Shown here: positions 26,901 through 41,409 of the stretch, piece by piece
Position numbering within the stretch: position 1 is the first letter of the stretch
Layout of the letters: each line of letters begins with the position of its first letter
Source of the DNA: Octopus sinensis
Lineage: Eukaryota
NCBI RefSeq assembly: GCF_006345805.1
Contig: NC_043010.1
Span: forward strand, 12,896,001-12,960,000
Direction of reading: 5' to 3'
Length of the DNA: 64,000 nucleotides
Position numbers and translations under genes: made by a program
The notes under the pieces: generated by a model
The model's input: only the letters and a program-made list of their open reading frames with translations
Database searches by the model: none
What the model was told of the DNA's origin: nothing

Positions 26901-27388
26901 GGGCGGCAAGCTGGCAGAATCGTTAGCATGCCGGACGAAATGCTTAGCAGTATTTCGTCTGCTGTTATGTTCTGAGTTCAAATTCTGCCAAGGTCGACTT
27001 TGCCTTTCGTCCTATCGGGGTCGATTAAATAAGTACCAGTTATGCACTGGGGTTGATGTAATAGACTTAATCCCTTTGTCTGTCCTTATTTGTCCCCTCT
27101 GTGTTTAGCCCCCAGTGGGTAATAAAGAAATAGGTATGGTATGATTTAAGGAAAGCGGCGAGCTGGCAGAGTTGTTAGCATACCTGACGAAATGCTTAGC
27201 AGTATTTCGGCTGCTGTTATGTTCTGAGTTCAAATTCCACCAAAGTCGACTTTGCCTTTCATCCTATTGGGGTCGATTAAATAAGTACCAGTTATGCACT
27301 GGGGTTGATGTAATCGACTTAATCCCTTTGTCTGTCCTTGTTTGTCCCCTCTGTGTTTAGCCCCCCCCCCAGTGGGTAATAAAGAAAT
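26901..27388 (+). mobile_element. Two adjacent full SINE family B copies
   Basis: Copies at 26901-27135 and 27155-27388. Confidence 0.9.
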
Positions 27389-28684
27389 GAATATATTTAT
27401 ATATTAATATATGTCTGCAGGTATGTAAACATTTGTATATCATTCACACACACACACACATTTATATATTGACAAAGTAAGTAAACATTGACAAGGGAGC
27501 CGCAAAAAAAAAAAAATCAAGGATTCTATGAACAAACTCTTTTGTGATGTTTTTTCTGCTTCAAGTTAGACACACCCTTACCATTTTTGCCACTAGAAAT
27601 GCAAAGAACAAGCCAGAGGCCAGCCAGAATACTGTAAACAACGATGCTTTTGTTCACAATTTGCATAAGATCAAAAAATTAAATAATTGTAAAATATGCA
27701 ATGATGAATAAGCCTCATCATCCTCTCTCTTTCTCTCCCTCTCTCTCTCTCTCTCTCTCATTCTTTTCTCTCTAGAAGCTTCTTCTGTATCTGTCTGTCT
27801 CTATCTCTGCCCTTCTTTAGCTGTTTCTCTCCCTGTATTTTACAAGCTTCCACATTCCTGGAATCCAGTAAAGTATACACACATATATAAAAATCCTCTA
27901 TACACACATGATTGATTTTACTACATGCAAAGTCAATATGTGCTTAAAGAGTGTTAGCAACACATCAGACTTTTTTCTTATTTTACTTCAAAGTAATTTC
28001 CAATGATAAGATTACCAAGCAAACATTTAACTTCAATTTCAAGTTGAACAGAAGCAGCATATCTACAATAATAGAGATCTGATTTTATATCTGTATATAT
28101 ATTTTTATGTTCTTTTTTGTTTTTTGTTATTGACCCTAACAAATTATATCAAATATTTCTGAAATATATCCATCAAATATCATTGAATATTTTAATCCAT
28201 TTACATTAAGATATTTCTAAAATATATTTGCTTATTGATTTGCCTACTGGCTTTCCATGAAATTATCCTCAAACTCAAAATATTGATTTGTTTTTAAGCA
28301 CATACTTTCAGATTTATAGCATGGGAAAATGAGATTTTCAGATATGTTCATAACTTTTTCAAGGGCATTTGTATTTGCTATACAACTGAAATGAAGTAAT
28401 TTCAAATGGGATTGCAAATAAGGATATGGAATCAGTATTTCGAAAAACTTCTCTCAATTCTACAACATTGAACTCAATATCAAAATTCTTTTTATTTTTT
28501 TTCCATTTTTTTTTTCTTTTAATTATTCATTATTAGTAGAAGCAGCAAAGAGTGGGAAAATCAGTTTGTTTTGAAACCACAGCAATGAGTCCAGTCGCAC
28601 GGTGTAGCACGTTTAAGACAATTGCCTGGGTTTACCAATGCTTTTGGAGTGGAATTTGGGAGACAAAAGCAGTGCAGAACCCAA

Positions 28685-28715
<31 letters not shown>

Positions 28716-28919
28716 AATAAATAAATACATATCTACATACATTCACGCATACATACACATATGTATCTATATCTAATCTATCTATCTAGCTAATATGCAT
28801 ATATATACATATATATATAAAGTTAATCCAAACAAGAAAGCACAAAAAAACACAACAACACGAGGACGTGGAACAAATATAGTATTATTGGACGCTCAGG
28901 AAAGAAGGAAAGAAGGAGG

Positions 28920-28954
28920 GTTTAACGTTTCGAGCAGAGCTCTTCGTCGGAAAC
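28920..28954 (-). ncRNA. Minimal type I hammerhead ribozyme-like motif (U4C variant) in Penelope-LTR-like fragment 28820-29010
   Basis: GUUU-CCGACGA-A-GAGC-UCU-GCUC-GAAA-CG-UU-AAAC. Stems I and II pair, and stem III is the palindromic ACGU. Confidence 0.65.
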
Positions 28955-29017
28955 ATAGGAAAAGGAAAGATCCAGAGAAGGGAAGACAGAGGGAAAAAAA
29001 TCGAAAAAAAATATATG

Positions 29018-29048
<31 letters not shown>

Positions 29049-29052
29049 CATA

Positions 29053-29543
29053 CAGGGTGAGGTGAATAAACTGCCATCTAAATTACACAAAAATGAAAAC
29101 AGCACTGACATCTCATTTTAACAGAAATATTTACCAAAATTACTTTAAAATATCTTGAAATACTAAAAGAGTAAATTAATTCAATAAAATCTCCATTGGC
29201 TTCAAACACAGCCTTCAGATGACTTTGGAATTTACTGCAACTCTTCTGGGCAGTCTTCTTGTTTAAGTTGGTGAAAGCTGCCATAATCCTTGCCTTCAGT
29301 TCATCTTTAGTGTTACAAGAAGTTTTGTTAGTCTCTCACTCGACTGCACCCCACACATAATAATCAAGGGGATTGCAGACGTTAGGTGGCCAGATGTTAG
29401 GGGTGATGTGGTAGCAGAAATTGTCTAACAACTATGACTGGGTTCTCCTGCTTGTGTTGCATGATACAGAGTCCAGTTGCCAGACATAGGGTTTTCCAGT
29501 CGTCACCCACTTGACCCAGGGAAACACTGCCTCCTCCAGGCAC
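29053..29543 (-). pseudogene. maT/DD37D-type Tc1-mariner transposase 3' end with TIR
   Basis: TA|CAGGGTG terminus. Minus strand reads YVWQLDS...ITPNIWPPN..CNPLDYYVWGAVE*ETNK...LKAVFEANGDFIE. D-D spacing is 37 if a 2-codon deletion in SPD is restored. Confidence 0.8.
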
Positions 29544-29715
29544 ATGCACAAGTCAAAGGAGGAGTAGTGAATGATATCTACAATAAATCTTTAATTTACC
29601 AAAAATGTATTTACAGACAAAAAAGGAAATCCAAAAGCTACATCAACTGTTACCAAGTCTAAATGATAAAGAGAGATAGTTTTAAGAAATAAACAAGAAC
29701 GGATCAAATGAAAAC

Positions 29716-29757
29716 TATGAACACATGTTCCAGCCTTGATATGACCTCATCAGCATA
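29716..29757 (-). ncRNA. Degenerate hammerhead ribozyme-like motif
   Basis: UAUG-CUGAUGA-GGUC-AUAUCAA-GGCU-GGAA-CAUG-UGUU-CAUA. GAAA is mutated to GGAA and the cleavage triplet is altered. Confidence 0.5.
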
Positions 29758-30008
29758 ATGTTGTCCTTACAATAAAGAGTTCAGCACAATTATGAATCAA
29801 ATGTAGTTTGCATAATTAAAACTAAGAGGAGCTACAAGAATATAACTCAAAAGTGCCAGAGGCATGGATTTTGGTAAGATTGTCAAACATATTGTGGTGA
29901 GAAATTTGCTTCCCAATGATATAGTTTAAAGTTCAGTCCCACAGTATGGTGGTACCTTAGGCAAGTGTCCTCTGCTGTAGTCCTGTACAGATTAGTTACA
30001 GTTAAGTT

Positions 30009-30363
30009 CAGTTCAAAAGACACTTGGGTTTCAGTTGCACAAGAGGTCCTTGATTGTGTCGAAAACAATGAAAACCTTCTGAAAACTTTGTGTAAGACTC
30101 TGAGCAGCTATCACCAAGCTTTTGACAAAATTCGATGCAGATTTTCTGCTCAACTTTCTCTGTCATAGTCAATGCGAGGATCACATGCTACACACCTTCC
30201 TTCCAAGCACTGCTGTATACAGCAGAAGTAAGCTAGAATATTAAAACTTAGTGCACATACACAACAGAGTTCAAAGGTCAATCTATGCCCAGTGGCTTCA
30301 CTGTGCATGTTTTAGCTTCGTTACTATGGCAACAGTCTGAATACTTATTGATCAGACCATGTA
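30009..30363. mobile_element. Rearranged mariner remnant (5' end on minus strand fused to an internal piece on plus strand)
   Basis: Minus strand: TIR-like end then MTEKVEQKICIEFCQKLGDSCSE. Plus strand: KDTWVSVAQEVLDCVENNENLLKT, like the segment preceding the first catalytic D. Confidence 0.7.
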
Positions 30364-30555
30364 TATATTATATATATATACATGGATATATATATATATC
30401 CATATATATATACATATATATATGGATATATATATATCCATGTATATATATATAATATATACATGGTTCTGATCAATATATATGGATATATATATATATA
30501 TAACTATATATATGGATATATATATATATATATATAACTATATATATATGGATAT

Positions 30556-30600
<45 letters not shown>

Positions 30601-31453
30601 TATATATATTATATATATATCTAATTATATATATATACACTAATATACATACATATATACAACATGCATGCATGCATACCTACATATTCACTACAAATCT
30701 TAATTGTAGATTGAGTACAGTAGAGTTCAATAACGTATTCAAGGTATTATAAATGCAGAGTCAATGCTGCTTTTGTTAACCAGGTGGAGCTTAGAATAGT
30801 ACATTTGTTTCAATATGTTCATATTTAGTAGTTAAAGGGATACTGGAATGCACTGAAACAATTGGACTATTGTAAGCATCACCTGGCTAATGAAAGAAAT
30901 ATATGTGTATATATGTGTGTCTACACATATATATATGAAGAGAAGGCTGCAAAATGGACTCCTTATTCAATCCGAATTAGGGACTTTGCAGCCTTTGAAA
31001 CATATGTAGAATATAAAAAGGAATTTTGTTAAATCTTCGTTCAGCTCCATTTCTTCCTACACTAAATATATATATATATATATATATTATTATATATATA
31101 TATATATACACATACATCTCTATAATATCTATATATATCTATATATATACATATATATAACATGTGTTTGTGTGTGCATCATGACGTATATGTGTACCCA
31201 AACCAACATGAAGATAGACATTAAATGACGATAAAGAGATATATATTATACACACACATACATATATATGTATATATGTATGTGTATATATCTATGTATA
31301 TGTATATATTTGAACATATATATTATATATTTGTATGTATCTATATATATGTATATGTGTGTGTGTGCTTATGCATATGTGTATGTATATGTGTGTGTAT
31401 GTGTTTGTCTTTGTGTGTGTGTATATATATATATATATAATTTATACACGAGG

Positions 31454-31539
<86 letters not shown>

Positions 31540-32421
31540 GCCCAAGCATGGCCACAGCTCATGAGCTGAAACTGGAAAAATCAAAATCAAAAATCATATA
31601 TATATAAATATACATAAATATATATGTGTGTGTGTGTGTATGGATATATAGATATCGTATATGTATTTATATATGTATAATATATGTGTCTGTATATATG
31701 TATATATGTATAAATATAAATGTGTATATATTTGTATACATATACATTTAATACATGCATATATATTTAAATATATATATATACACACACACACAGATAT
31801 ATATATATATATTATATATATATATACATACTTGTTTATCTCTATATATGTATAAATATATGTATAAATAACGATATGCATGTATAATGTATATTTTTAT
31901 ATGTATAGACAGACAGACAGGCAGGCAGGCAGGCAGACAAGCAGGCAGGCAGACAGATTAGAGAAGGAGAAGCAGAGAAAGAATATGTTTATACGTATGT
32001 GAGTATGTATGTGTATGTATATACAAAGCATCCCCATACATGTTATTAATAATTTGCATTCTCCCATCAAAGAATTAATATTTCACTTTAAAACTTGGAA
32101 AGAGTTTGCTCTGTTGAAAAAAGAGAATTCTTAGTGTGACAATATAATTATGATGCCGACCAACTTTCTGAAACAACATAACTTTGGCAAACATCAAGAA
32201 TGGAACTCCAATTTCTAATGGCTGAAGTTTGAAATTAGTTGGTATTGTAAACTGAGATGTGAGTATAATAAGTATTGTAGCTTGCCAATCTGTAATGCAC
32301 TCACACACACAAACATGCATGTGCGTGTGAGTGTGTGTGTGTGTGTGTCTGAGTTTGCATGTGTGTGCGTGTGTATGTATGTGAATGTATGTGATTTTTG
32401 TACAAACACACACATATATAT

Positions 32422-32461
<40 letters not shown>

Positions 32462-32620
32462 AATGTATGTGATTTTGTACAAACACACAATATATATTTT
32501 AATATATAATATATATAGATGTGTGTGTGTGTGTGAATGTATGGATTTTTGTACAAACCACACACATATATTTATATATATATATATATATATAGGTGTG
32601 TGTGTGTGTGTGTGTGTATA

Positions 32621-33188
32621 CAGGTGCAGGAGTGGCTGTGTGGTAAGTAACTTGCTTACAAACCACGTGGTTCCAGGTTCAGTCCCACTGTAAGGCACCT
32701 TGGGCATGTGTCTTCTACTATAGCCTTGGGCCAACCAAGGTCTTGTGAGTGGATTTGGTAGACGGAAGCTGAAAGAAACCTGTTGTGTATATATAAATAT
32801 ATATATATATTAATAAATAAAACATATGCATATATATATACATATATGTACGTACCTACCTCTACATGTATATATACACGAATATATGAGTACAGGACAC
32901 CAAAAAAACGTCGAACACAATGGAGAAACAAAAACATAGACACAAACCCAAGGAACTGGACATTTTTCTTAAACAAAAAAAAAAAAATGCGTATTTTTGT
33001 GTATTTAGTTTGACAACTAATGTTGGTGTGTTTATGTCCCCATAACTTAGCAGTTCAGCAAAAGAAAACAATAGAATAAGTACTAGACTTACAAAGAATA
33101 AGTTCTGGGGTCGATTTGTTCAACTACAGGTGGAGCTCCAGCATGGCTGCAGTCAAATGACTGAAACAAATAAAAGAATAAAAGAAGA
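32621..33188 (+). mobile_element. SINE family A with extra sequence inserted in its internal microsatellite
   Basis: Head 32621-32790 and tail 33005-33188, separated by a TA tract plus about 110 bp of unrelated sequence. Confidence 0.85.
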
Positions 33189-33749
33189 GATATCTTATAT
33201 ATCTATATCATATATATATCATATAGTATCATATATATTATATATATATATATATATTATATTATATATATTTAATATATATATACATATCTAAAAATCT
33301 TTAAAATTGAAGTTCTGTGTGTTGTGTGCATGTTGTGTGTGTGTGTGTGTGTGTACAAAAACTTAATGTACGTCAATAACTTCTGCATCTTTCATCCAAT
33401 TTCTTTAAAATTTTATACACAGTTTCTTCATATCTCAGACTCAAACACCGGCTACTTAGATTTTTTAAAAATCGATATTGGGGCCTCTAAAGCAATGGAA
33501 AATCAATAATAGATGATGCCTATTCATTGCATTAATTAGCGGTTTTATAATCCCATTCATTTGCATTAATCAGCTGTTTTATAGGGTCTTCTATACCATT
33601 TTAATCTTTTTATAAAAGTGAAAGGATTTTGTCTATTTATTTATTTCCGCTATCCACCAGCAACAGTGATTAAATTGACTAGGAGCACATACATTTTCGC
33701 AATTCTCAACAGATTTTCACCAAACTTTACACACGCATTACTTATATAT

Positions 33750-33980
33750 TTATTTATTGCCCTCAAGGGGCTAAACATAGAGGGGACAAACAAAGACAGA
33801 CAAAGGGATTAAGTCGATTATATCGACCCCAGTGCATAACTGGTACTTTATTTATCAACCCCGAAAGGATGAAAGGCAAAGTCAACCTCGGCAGATAATG
33901 AACTCAGAACATAACGGCAGACGAAATACGGCTACGCGATATCGCCCGGCATGCTAAGGTTTCTGCCAGCTCGCCACCTT
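33750..33980 (-). mobile_element. SINE family B with 15-bp TSD, inside an older Helitron-like element (about 33288-34180)
   Basis: TSD ACACGCATTACTTAT on both sides. Confidence 0.85.
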
Positions 33981-34183
33981 AACACGCATTACTTATGTCC
34001 CAAGGATGGTCATGCACTAAGCATTTGGCCCAGAGCTCCCATGTAAATAGACCTAAATGGACATAATTTATTTTTTTGTCTGTAGGGTCTTCCATACTTT
34101 TTAAAGTTTTTGTATACTTTTTTAATCTTTTTATTTCGACAGTCCACCTGCGTCAGGGATTAAATTGACTAAGAATACAGTAC

Positions 34184-34629
34184 ACTCTTTTACTCTTTTA
34201 CTTGTTTCAGTCATTTGACTGTGGCCATGCTGGAGCACCTCCTTTAATCGAGCAACTCGACCCCGGGACTTTATTCTTTGTAAGCCCACTACTTATTCTA
34301 TCGGTCTCTTTTGCCGAACCGCTAAGTGACGGGGACGTAAACATACCAGCATCGGTTGTCAAGCGATGTTGGTGGGGACAAACACAGACACACAAACACA
34401 CACGCACACACACACATATATATACATATATATACATATATATACATATATATACATATATATACGATGGGCTTCTTTTAGTTTCCGTCTACCAAATCCA
34501 CTCACAAGGCATTGGTTGGCCCGGGGCTATAGTAGAAGCCACTTGCCCAAGGTGCCACACAGTGGGACTGAACCCGGAACTATGTGGCTGGTAAGCAAGC
34601 TACTTACCACACAGTCACTCCTGCGCCTA
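34184..34629 (-). mobile_element. SINE family A
   Basis: Full-length copy. Confidence 0.9.
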
Positions 34630-34963
34630 TAAATATCCAATGCCAAAGAATCTTAATCTCCATATTTAAACTGCATTAAACTTTGGCAAGCTTACCTTTA
34701 CCTATTCTGAGTTACTCGAAAGGTGATGTTCCTTTCCCTCTCTTCTATTTGTTGATACCTTTGTTTACCTACCAATGCGTTGTTTCACTTTAAGGATGCT
34801 TATTTATTCATCAATTATGATATTTCGGCTGTTGTCCATTGTTTACAATTATGCTTTAGCATTGCCATTCTAGCCTTTTTGAAACAATCATTAGGGGTTC
34901 AATGGAGTGTTAAGTAACAATCCAATTATATAGCCCTACATTCGTCAGAGGTAGCCAATATTC

Positions 34964-35367
34964 CAGGCATAGGAGTGGCTGTGTGGTAAGTAGCTTGCTT
35001 ACTAACCACATGGTTCTGGGTTCAGTCCCACTGCATGGCACCTTGGGTAAGTGTCTTCTACTATAGCCTCGGGCCGACCAAAGCCTTGTGAGTGGATTTG
35101 TTAGACGGAAACTGAAAGAAGCTCGTGATATATATTCATATATGTGTGTGTTTGTGTGTCTGTATTTGTTGCCCCCACTATCGCTTGACAACCGATGCCG
35201 GTTGTTTATGTCCCCGTAACTTAGAGGTCCTGCAAAAAAAAACCCCGATAGAATAAGTACTAGGCTTACAAAGAATAAGTCCTGGGGTCGATGTGTTCGA
35301 CTAAAGGCGGTGCTCCAGCATGGCCACAGTCAAATGACTGAAACAAATAAAAGAGTAAAAAAAGAGT
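34964..35367 (+). mobile_element. SINE family A
   Basis: Full-length copy, inverted relative to 34184-34629. Confidence 0.9.
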
Positions 35368-35403
35368 AATTCCTAATGAGCATAGGGTTATATAATCAGA
35401 TTG

Positions 35404-35448
35404 TTACCTGACGCTATGGTGTAACCCTAGCGTGAAACCGATTGGTAA
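35404..35448 (+). ncRNA. Degenerate hammerhead ribozyme-like motif
   Basis: UUACC-UG-ACGCUA...UAGCGU-GAAA-CCGA-UU-GGUAA. Stems I and II pair, but the CUGANGA box is truncated. Confidence 0.5.
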
Positions 35449-35867
35449 GATCAACCACGATGGATATACAATACTGTACACTTCAGTTATACATACATAC
35501 ATATATATATATACATATATAGGATATCCAGAGATGATGCAGTACGATTGTTTCAAACAACTCCATTTAATTGAACAATGCAATTTAAATGGAGAGCTAC
35601 CCTCAGCTGCATAAATAAATAGAATTTATTTAAACAGTATGATTTTACCTAAATCCTCAAAAAGGGGGTGTATATATATACATATATATATAAATTCTGG
35701 AATTCTGCATACAAGTCAGTTAATACTCATCAGTTGGACTACTTCACAGTTCTTTTGTGTAAGAGAATGTATGTGCTTATGTGTACAGATTTTATAGAAA
35801 TAATCATATGTACACACATTACATTACATACATACATAGATACATACATACATACATACATACATTA

Positions 35868-36493
35868 TTATGGCTGCCCCCTCGTTATCGAGTATGGCCA
35901 TTGCACGAAGCTTAACTATTACTGGTGCTGTGATCGAATGTGACTTTTTAGCCCATCGAAAGATCTACAATGTCTTGTACAAAACTGGCAACTAAGACCT
36001 TTACTGGTAATAGCTGACTGTAGTTGTAACTGGGCTTCATATACCTTTGCATGTTGTTTAAGTCCTCCTGCCGAATTACACTCTCATCCACATGCCCGAC
36101 AGATATGATTAGTATGGTGTGTTACACCACCACCAGTAGCCAGGTTGTCACTCATCTGTCTCGCTTTATGACTACGAAGATGACTCTTGAGTCCAGCTTT
36201 ACTGAGGCAGGGTCTTGCACAGACACTGCATGTCAGCATCATAGGAAGACCCTTCCCAATTTGGAAGTGTAACAGCGATGCCCTTCCTGACATCCCTCCT
36301 TACTTTCTCATATGCAACTCGAGATTTCTCAAACGTGGCTGTCCCCTCATGCACAATCCTTCTCCACCTGCTACGATCAATAGCTATGCCTTCCCATATG
36401 TCAGGAGAGATGCAAGCATCTCATAAGGAATCCTTCAGCAAGTCCTTATACCTCTTTTTTGGTTTATGTGGAGGTCGTTCTCCTTTAGCTAAC
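35868..36493 (-). pseudogene. RTE (BovB-like) LINE 3' end with three C2H2 zinc fingers
   Basis: LAKGERPPHKPKKRYKDLLKDSL...WEGIAIDRSRWRRIVHEG, then CSVCARPCLSKAGLKSHLRSH, CRACG*ECNSAGGLKQHAKVY and CQFCTRHCRSFDGLKSHIRSQH*, followed by a short 3' UTR. Confidence 0.85.
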
Positions 36494-36885
36494 ATACATA
36501 CATACATACATACATACATACATAATACATTACATACACAACACACACATACATACATACATACATTACACACACACATACATACATACATACATACATA
36601 CATACATACATTACATACATAACATACATACTACATACATACATACATACATACACACACACATACACACACATACATACATACACACACACATACATAC
36701 ATTCATACATACATACATACATACATACATACATACATACATACATACATACATACATACATACATACATACATACATACATGCATACATACATACATAC
36801 AAGCATGCATACAAATATAAATATGCTTAGTTCTAGAACTCATAAAGTATTAACCCAAATGTTTTGTAAAGACTAATTCCAGTGT

Positions 36886-37140
36886 GGGAGGTGCATGGCT
36901 TAGTGGTTGGGGTGTTAGACTCAGGATCATAAGATTGTGGTTTCAATTCCCAGACCAGGCAATGCGTTGTGTTTTTGAGTAAAACACCTCATTTCACATT
37001 GCTCTAGTCCACTCAGCTGGTGAAAATGAGAGATCCTGTGACGAACCAATGTCCTGTTCAGGTGAGGAAATTATACGCCATGAAACCAGGAGACCAGCCC
37101 CTCAAAAAGCCAGTATGACTCTAGAAAGTAAATTTACCTT
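36886..37140 (+). mobile_element. SINE with family C-like tRNA head and different body and tail
   Basis: GGAGGTGCATGGCTTAGTGGTT...GGTTTCAATTCCCAGACC, then TTGCTCTAGTCCACTCAGCTGG. Confidence 0.75.
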
Positions 37141-37339
37141 TTTTTTTATTACTAATTTATTACCAGTTCTTTAATTATATTTCATTTCTGTCATATAATT
37201 TCTTACAAGACTGCCATAGCTCTGAAATTGGTAAATACTTTATAAAGCACTTTAGAAGAGATTTATTGCTGTTTTGTTTGGATTAAGAGGAATTAAGCAC
37301 ACACAATCCATTCATGCACGTATGCATGGGTGTGCGTAT

Positions 37340-37423
37340 TTATATGCCTGCACACACACACACACACACAACACACATATATATATAATAGCGCCACACG
37401 TACCCCTTTGTCTTTTATGTAAG

Positions 37424-37490
<67 letters not shown>

Positions 37491-38355
37491 ATATATACAT
37501 ATTAATATTTAGCAGAAGCAGCAGTGACTCAAGGGCCAAGAGCTTTGTGCATTAGCATTTATTCATATATATATAGATATATACACACACACACATATAT
37601 ACATTGACATATAAATACATACATATACATATATTTACATATACACACACATATATATATATGTATACATTGACATACACATACATATATATACATATAT
37701 TTACATACACACACACACATATATATATATGTATACATTGACATATACATACATACATATACGTATATTTACATATACACACGCACATTCATGCGTGTGT
37801 ATGTATGTGTGATTTTTCTATAGCCTTAGGGTTAACCCTGACTTTCAAATGGAAATGAGTAGCTAGAATTGTTTACAGATTCCCATTGGGTGTATTACAT
37901 CTGTAATTCCAAAGACATAGCATTGTCACACACTGTGCCACAATGAATCCGCTTGAGAATTACGCTGAGGGTACACATGTCTGCAGAATGCTCAGCTACG
38001 TACACCTTAATTCAGGGGCAGATAATTCACCAGATCAAACAACTGAATCCTCACAGTTGAACAATGGAGATCCCCCATATTTAAAGTATATATACATACA
38101 TATATACACCTGACATGTAGGTGTGAGAGTATGTCTGCATGTACATGCATGTGTGTGTGTATATGTTTATGGATATATATAAACACACGCACACATATAT
38201 ATATATATACAAAAATATATAAGTATGCATGTAATATATATATATGTATACAAATACATACTTATGTATACGAATGTGTGTATGTGTATATACATGTGTA
38301 TATGCTCATAAAATACAGTGTACATTTAAACACATAAGGAATCCACACACACACT

Positions 38356-38392
<37 letters not shown>

Positions 38393-38433
38393 GTGTGTGT
38401 GTGTATACAAATATATATTTATATATACATGTG

Positions 38434-38473
<40 letters not shown>

Positions 38474-38609
38474 CATATATATATAATGTATGTATACAAA
38501 TATATATTTATGTATACATGTGTATGTGTGTATATATCTATATATATACATATATATATATACACATATATTATATATATATATAATATATATATACATA
38601 CACATATAT

Positions 38610-38664
<55 letters not shown>

Positions 38665-39323
38665 GCACACACACATACGCGCACAAACATACACATACAT
38701 ACACACACATATATGATAGATATATATTTATTTATGTATTTATGTATGAATGTATATGCATGCAAACACACATGACATGGACACTCACAAGTACACACGT
38801 GAACATGCATGAACGTGGGTGCATGTACCCATTCTTCTGATACGAAACCAAAATGACATGTTTGGACACCCAAGTTAATGCAGAGATGGTAAAGCGAAAA
38901 AAAAAAAAAAACGAAAATATGCTATTAAAGGTGAAAAAAAAAAAAAAATAGAAGAAAAAGAAAAGAAAGAGGGAAAACCACCATTAAAAAGAAAACTAGA
39001 AGAATCTAAAAGACAGTCAGAATGCATGACATGCTGTTGGTCCTAAAGGCGATAAAATATATCTGATATACTGAGATATTTTTGTGAAGTGAAAATATAG
39101 AAATGGAACACTTTCAGGCTATAGAAAATTTCTTCTACCATCTTTGAAAGCTTCCAAAATTATACATGGAAATGAGATCTAAAAGAAGTCTTCGCAAACA
39201 TCATTGGTTGGTATGACAACTGTGGGTGTGAGTGTGGTGTGTGTTAAAAATGAAGATATCTAACTCCTTTCGACTATATATGTAAATGATTGTTCATGTG
39301 CAAGTGTATGTAAATATACGCAT

Positions 39324-39367
<44 letters not shown>

Positions 39368-39572
39368 GTATGTATGTGTGTGTGTGGCTATATATATATA
39401 TATAGAGAGGAGAGAGATAGATAGATAGATAGATATATGTATGTGTATATGTATTAGTGTATATATATGTCCGTGTGTGTGTGAATATATATATGCATAC
39501 ACACATATGAATATATGTATATGTATCATCCTCATCGTTTAACATCTGCCTACCATGCTAACATGTGGTGTG

Positions 39573-39627
<55 letters not shown>

Positions 39628-39736
39628 TATAATGCATACATTCATACTAACATCATATATATATTATATATATTACACATATATGCGTGTGGGTGTATAT
39701 ATATATGGATATATATATGTATAAATATTCATATAC

Positions 39737-39770
<34 letters not shown>

Positions 39771-39920
39771 GTATATGATATTAGTATGTATGTATGAATG
39801 TATGCATGTATATATATATATATATATAATATATGATGTTAGTATGTATGTATGAATGTATGCATGTATATATATATATACATGTATGTGTGTGTGTGTG
39901 TGTGTGTGTATTTATGTATG
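37340..39920. repeat. TA/CA-rich microsatellite region
   Basis: Seen directly, interspersed with short unique or decayed-repeat segments. Confidence 0.85.
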
Positions 39921-40406
39921 TTTAATTATCGGCAAAAACATCTTCACTGAAAACTTGTTAGTTAGGACTAAAGCTGTGCCCCCCTGGAGAATCAAACATT
40001 ACTGTTTTGGATAGCTTGAAAAACAAAAAAAAAAAAAAAAAGAAAGGAAAACAGAACTTTGTTTCTAGTGCAAAGAGAGATTCACTAAAGTATTATTTCT
40101 AGAGAATTCCATATCCAGAAGAAACAGATGACAAAAACACTTCAATGATGCTATGTGCTAAAAGTTTTCTTCAATTATTTTGGGAAATAAGTGAGAGGAA
40201 GCATTCTCTCGGTACAAATTTTATTATTATGCTGATGAAAAACAAAAAAAAAAACTTAAAGCGAGTTTTAGGGGGTTTCAGTTTTTTTTTTTTACACATG
40301 CTTTCTAATTTTTGTTTCATCTGTGTAATAAGTCTGATCTGTTTTACAGATTGTGATATGTTTGCTTGTTTTTACGTCTGTTTTCTGATGCCAGGATGAG
40401 TTATAT

Positions 40407-40757
40407 CAGTAGTTCTCAACTGGGGTCCATATGGCCCCTGAGAAACCATATAAGATTTTGTGGGGGCCACGCAAGCAAAATAGTTAATAGGGGATCCACA
40501 ATAGTATTTCAAGAGTCCCTGAAAAAATTCTGCTTTAGATGCTTGTATTGGTATATATTACAAGAAATAAATAGGTTTCTTTCTCTAACATTTTACATAG
40601 GTCAATCTACACAAGTTCATGTGTAAAAAACAAAATATGAATTTTGAAAGATGTTTCTATAAAACAAGTTTTTAAACTTCAAATGGCCATGGAGGTCTGC
40701 CAGAATAAAATAATAATCAAAGGGGTCCATAGATAAAAAAGTGGTTGAGAAACCCTG
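40407..40757. mobile_element. hAT (Charlie-type) MITE
   Basis: TIRs CAGTAGTTCTCAAC and GTTGAGAAACCCTG. Imperfect 8-bp TSD AGTTATAT/GGTTAGAT. Confidence 0.8.
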
Positions 40758-40879
40758 GGTTAGATGAATCTTTTATCAAGGCATTGCTTTTGTTTTGAAG
40801 TTGAACGCTCTTCCTCTTGCTAAATGCACCTGTTTTTCCTATGTGGAATTTCTTAGCCTTCTTATCTTAAAGGGTTCAA

Positions 40880-41102
40880 AACAAGCAGATCCATCGCAGG
40901 TGAGCTGCAAGATGCAGGAGGAAAGAGTGAGAGAAAGTTGTGGTGAAAGAGTCAGCAGAAATTTTGCCATTATCTTCTGCTGGAGCTGCGTGGAGCTTAG
41001 GTGTTTCACTCATAAACACACACATCATCCGGTTTGAGATTCGAACCCACGATCCCTCGACTGCGAGTCCACTGCTCTAACCACTAGGCCATGTGCCTCC
41101 AC
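40880..41102 (-). mobile_element. SINE family C variant
   Basis: Minus strand: GTGGAGGCACATGGCCTAGTGGTTAGAGCAGTGGACTCGC...GGTTCGAATCTC and the shared CAACTTTCTCTCACTCTTTC block. Confidence 0.8.
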
Positions 41103-41409
41103 GCACATATTGTCAGCCACTAAGGGACATGTTTAAGTGGTTATGGTCAAGCTACTGACAAGCAAATCTGTGGTATTGGGCAGAATATTTGCTATAACGA
41201 TATTTCTGCTTCAGCAACTCAGCACAGAATATGTCAGAAATGTAATGGAAAATAGGTCAACTTACAAACATTGATGTCCAGGTCACAAAAGCAAGGTTTG
41301 AAGGGAGTAGTTAGTAATTTCCTTTGATTTCTAGATAGAAGCAAATAGGAAATAATTCTTACTAACCAAAGATAAAAAAAATCGTTACATAGTTAAAAAA
41401 TCGTTATAT

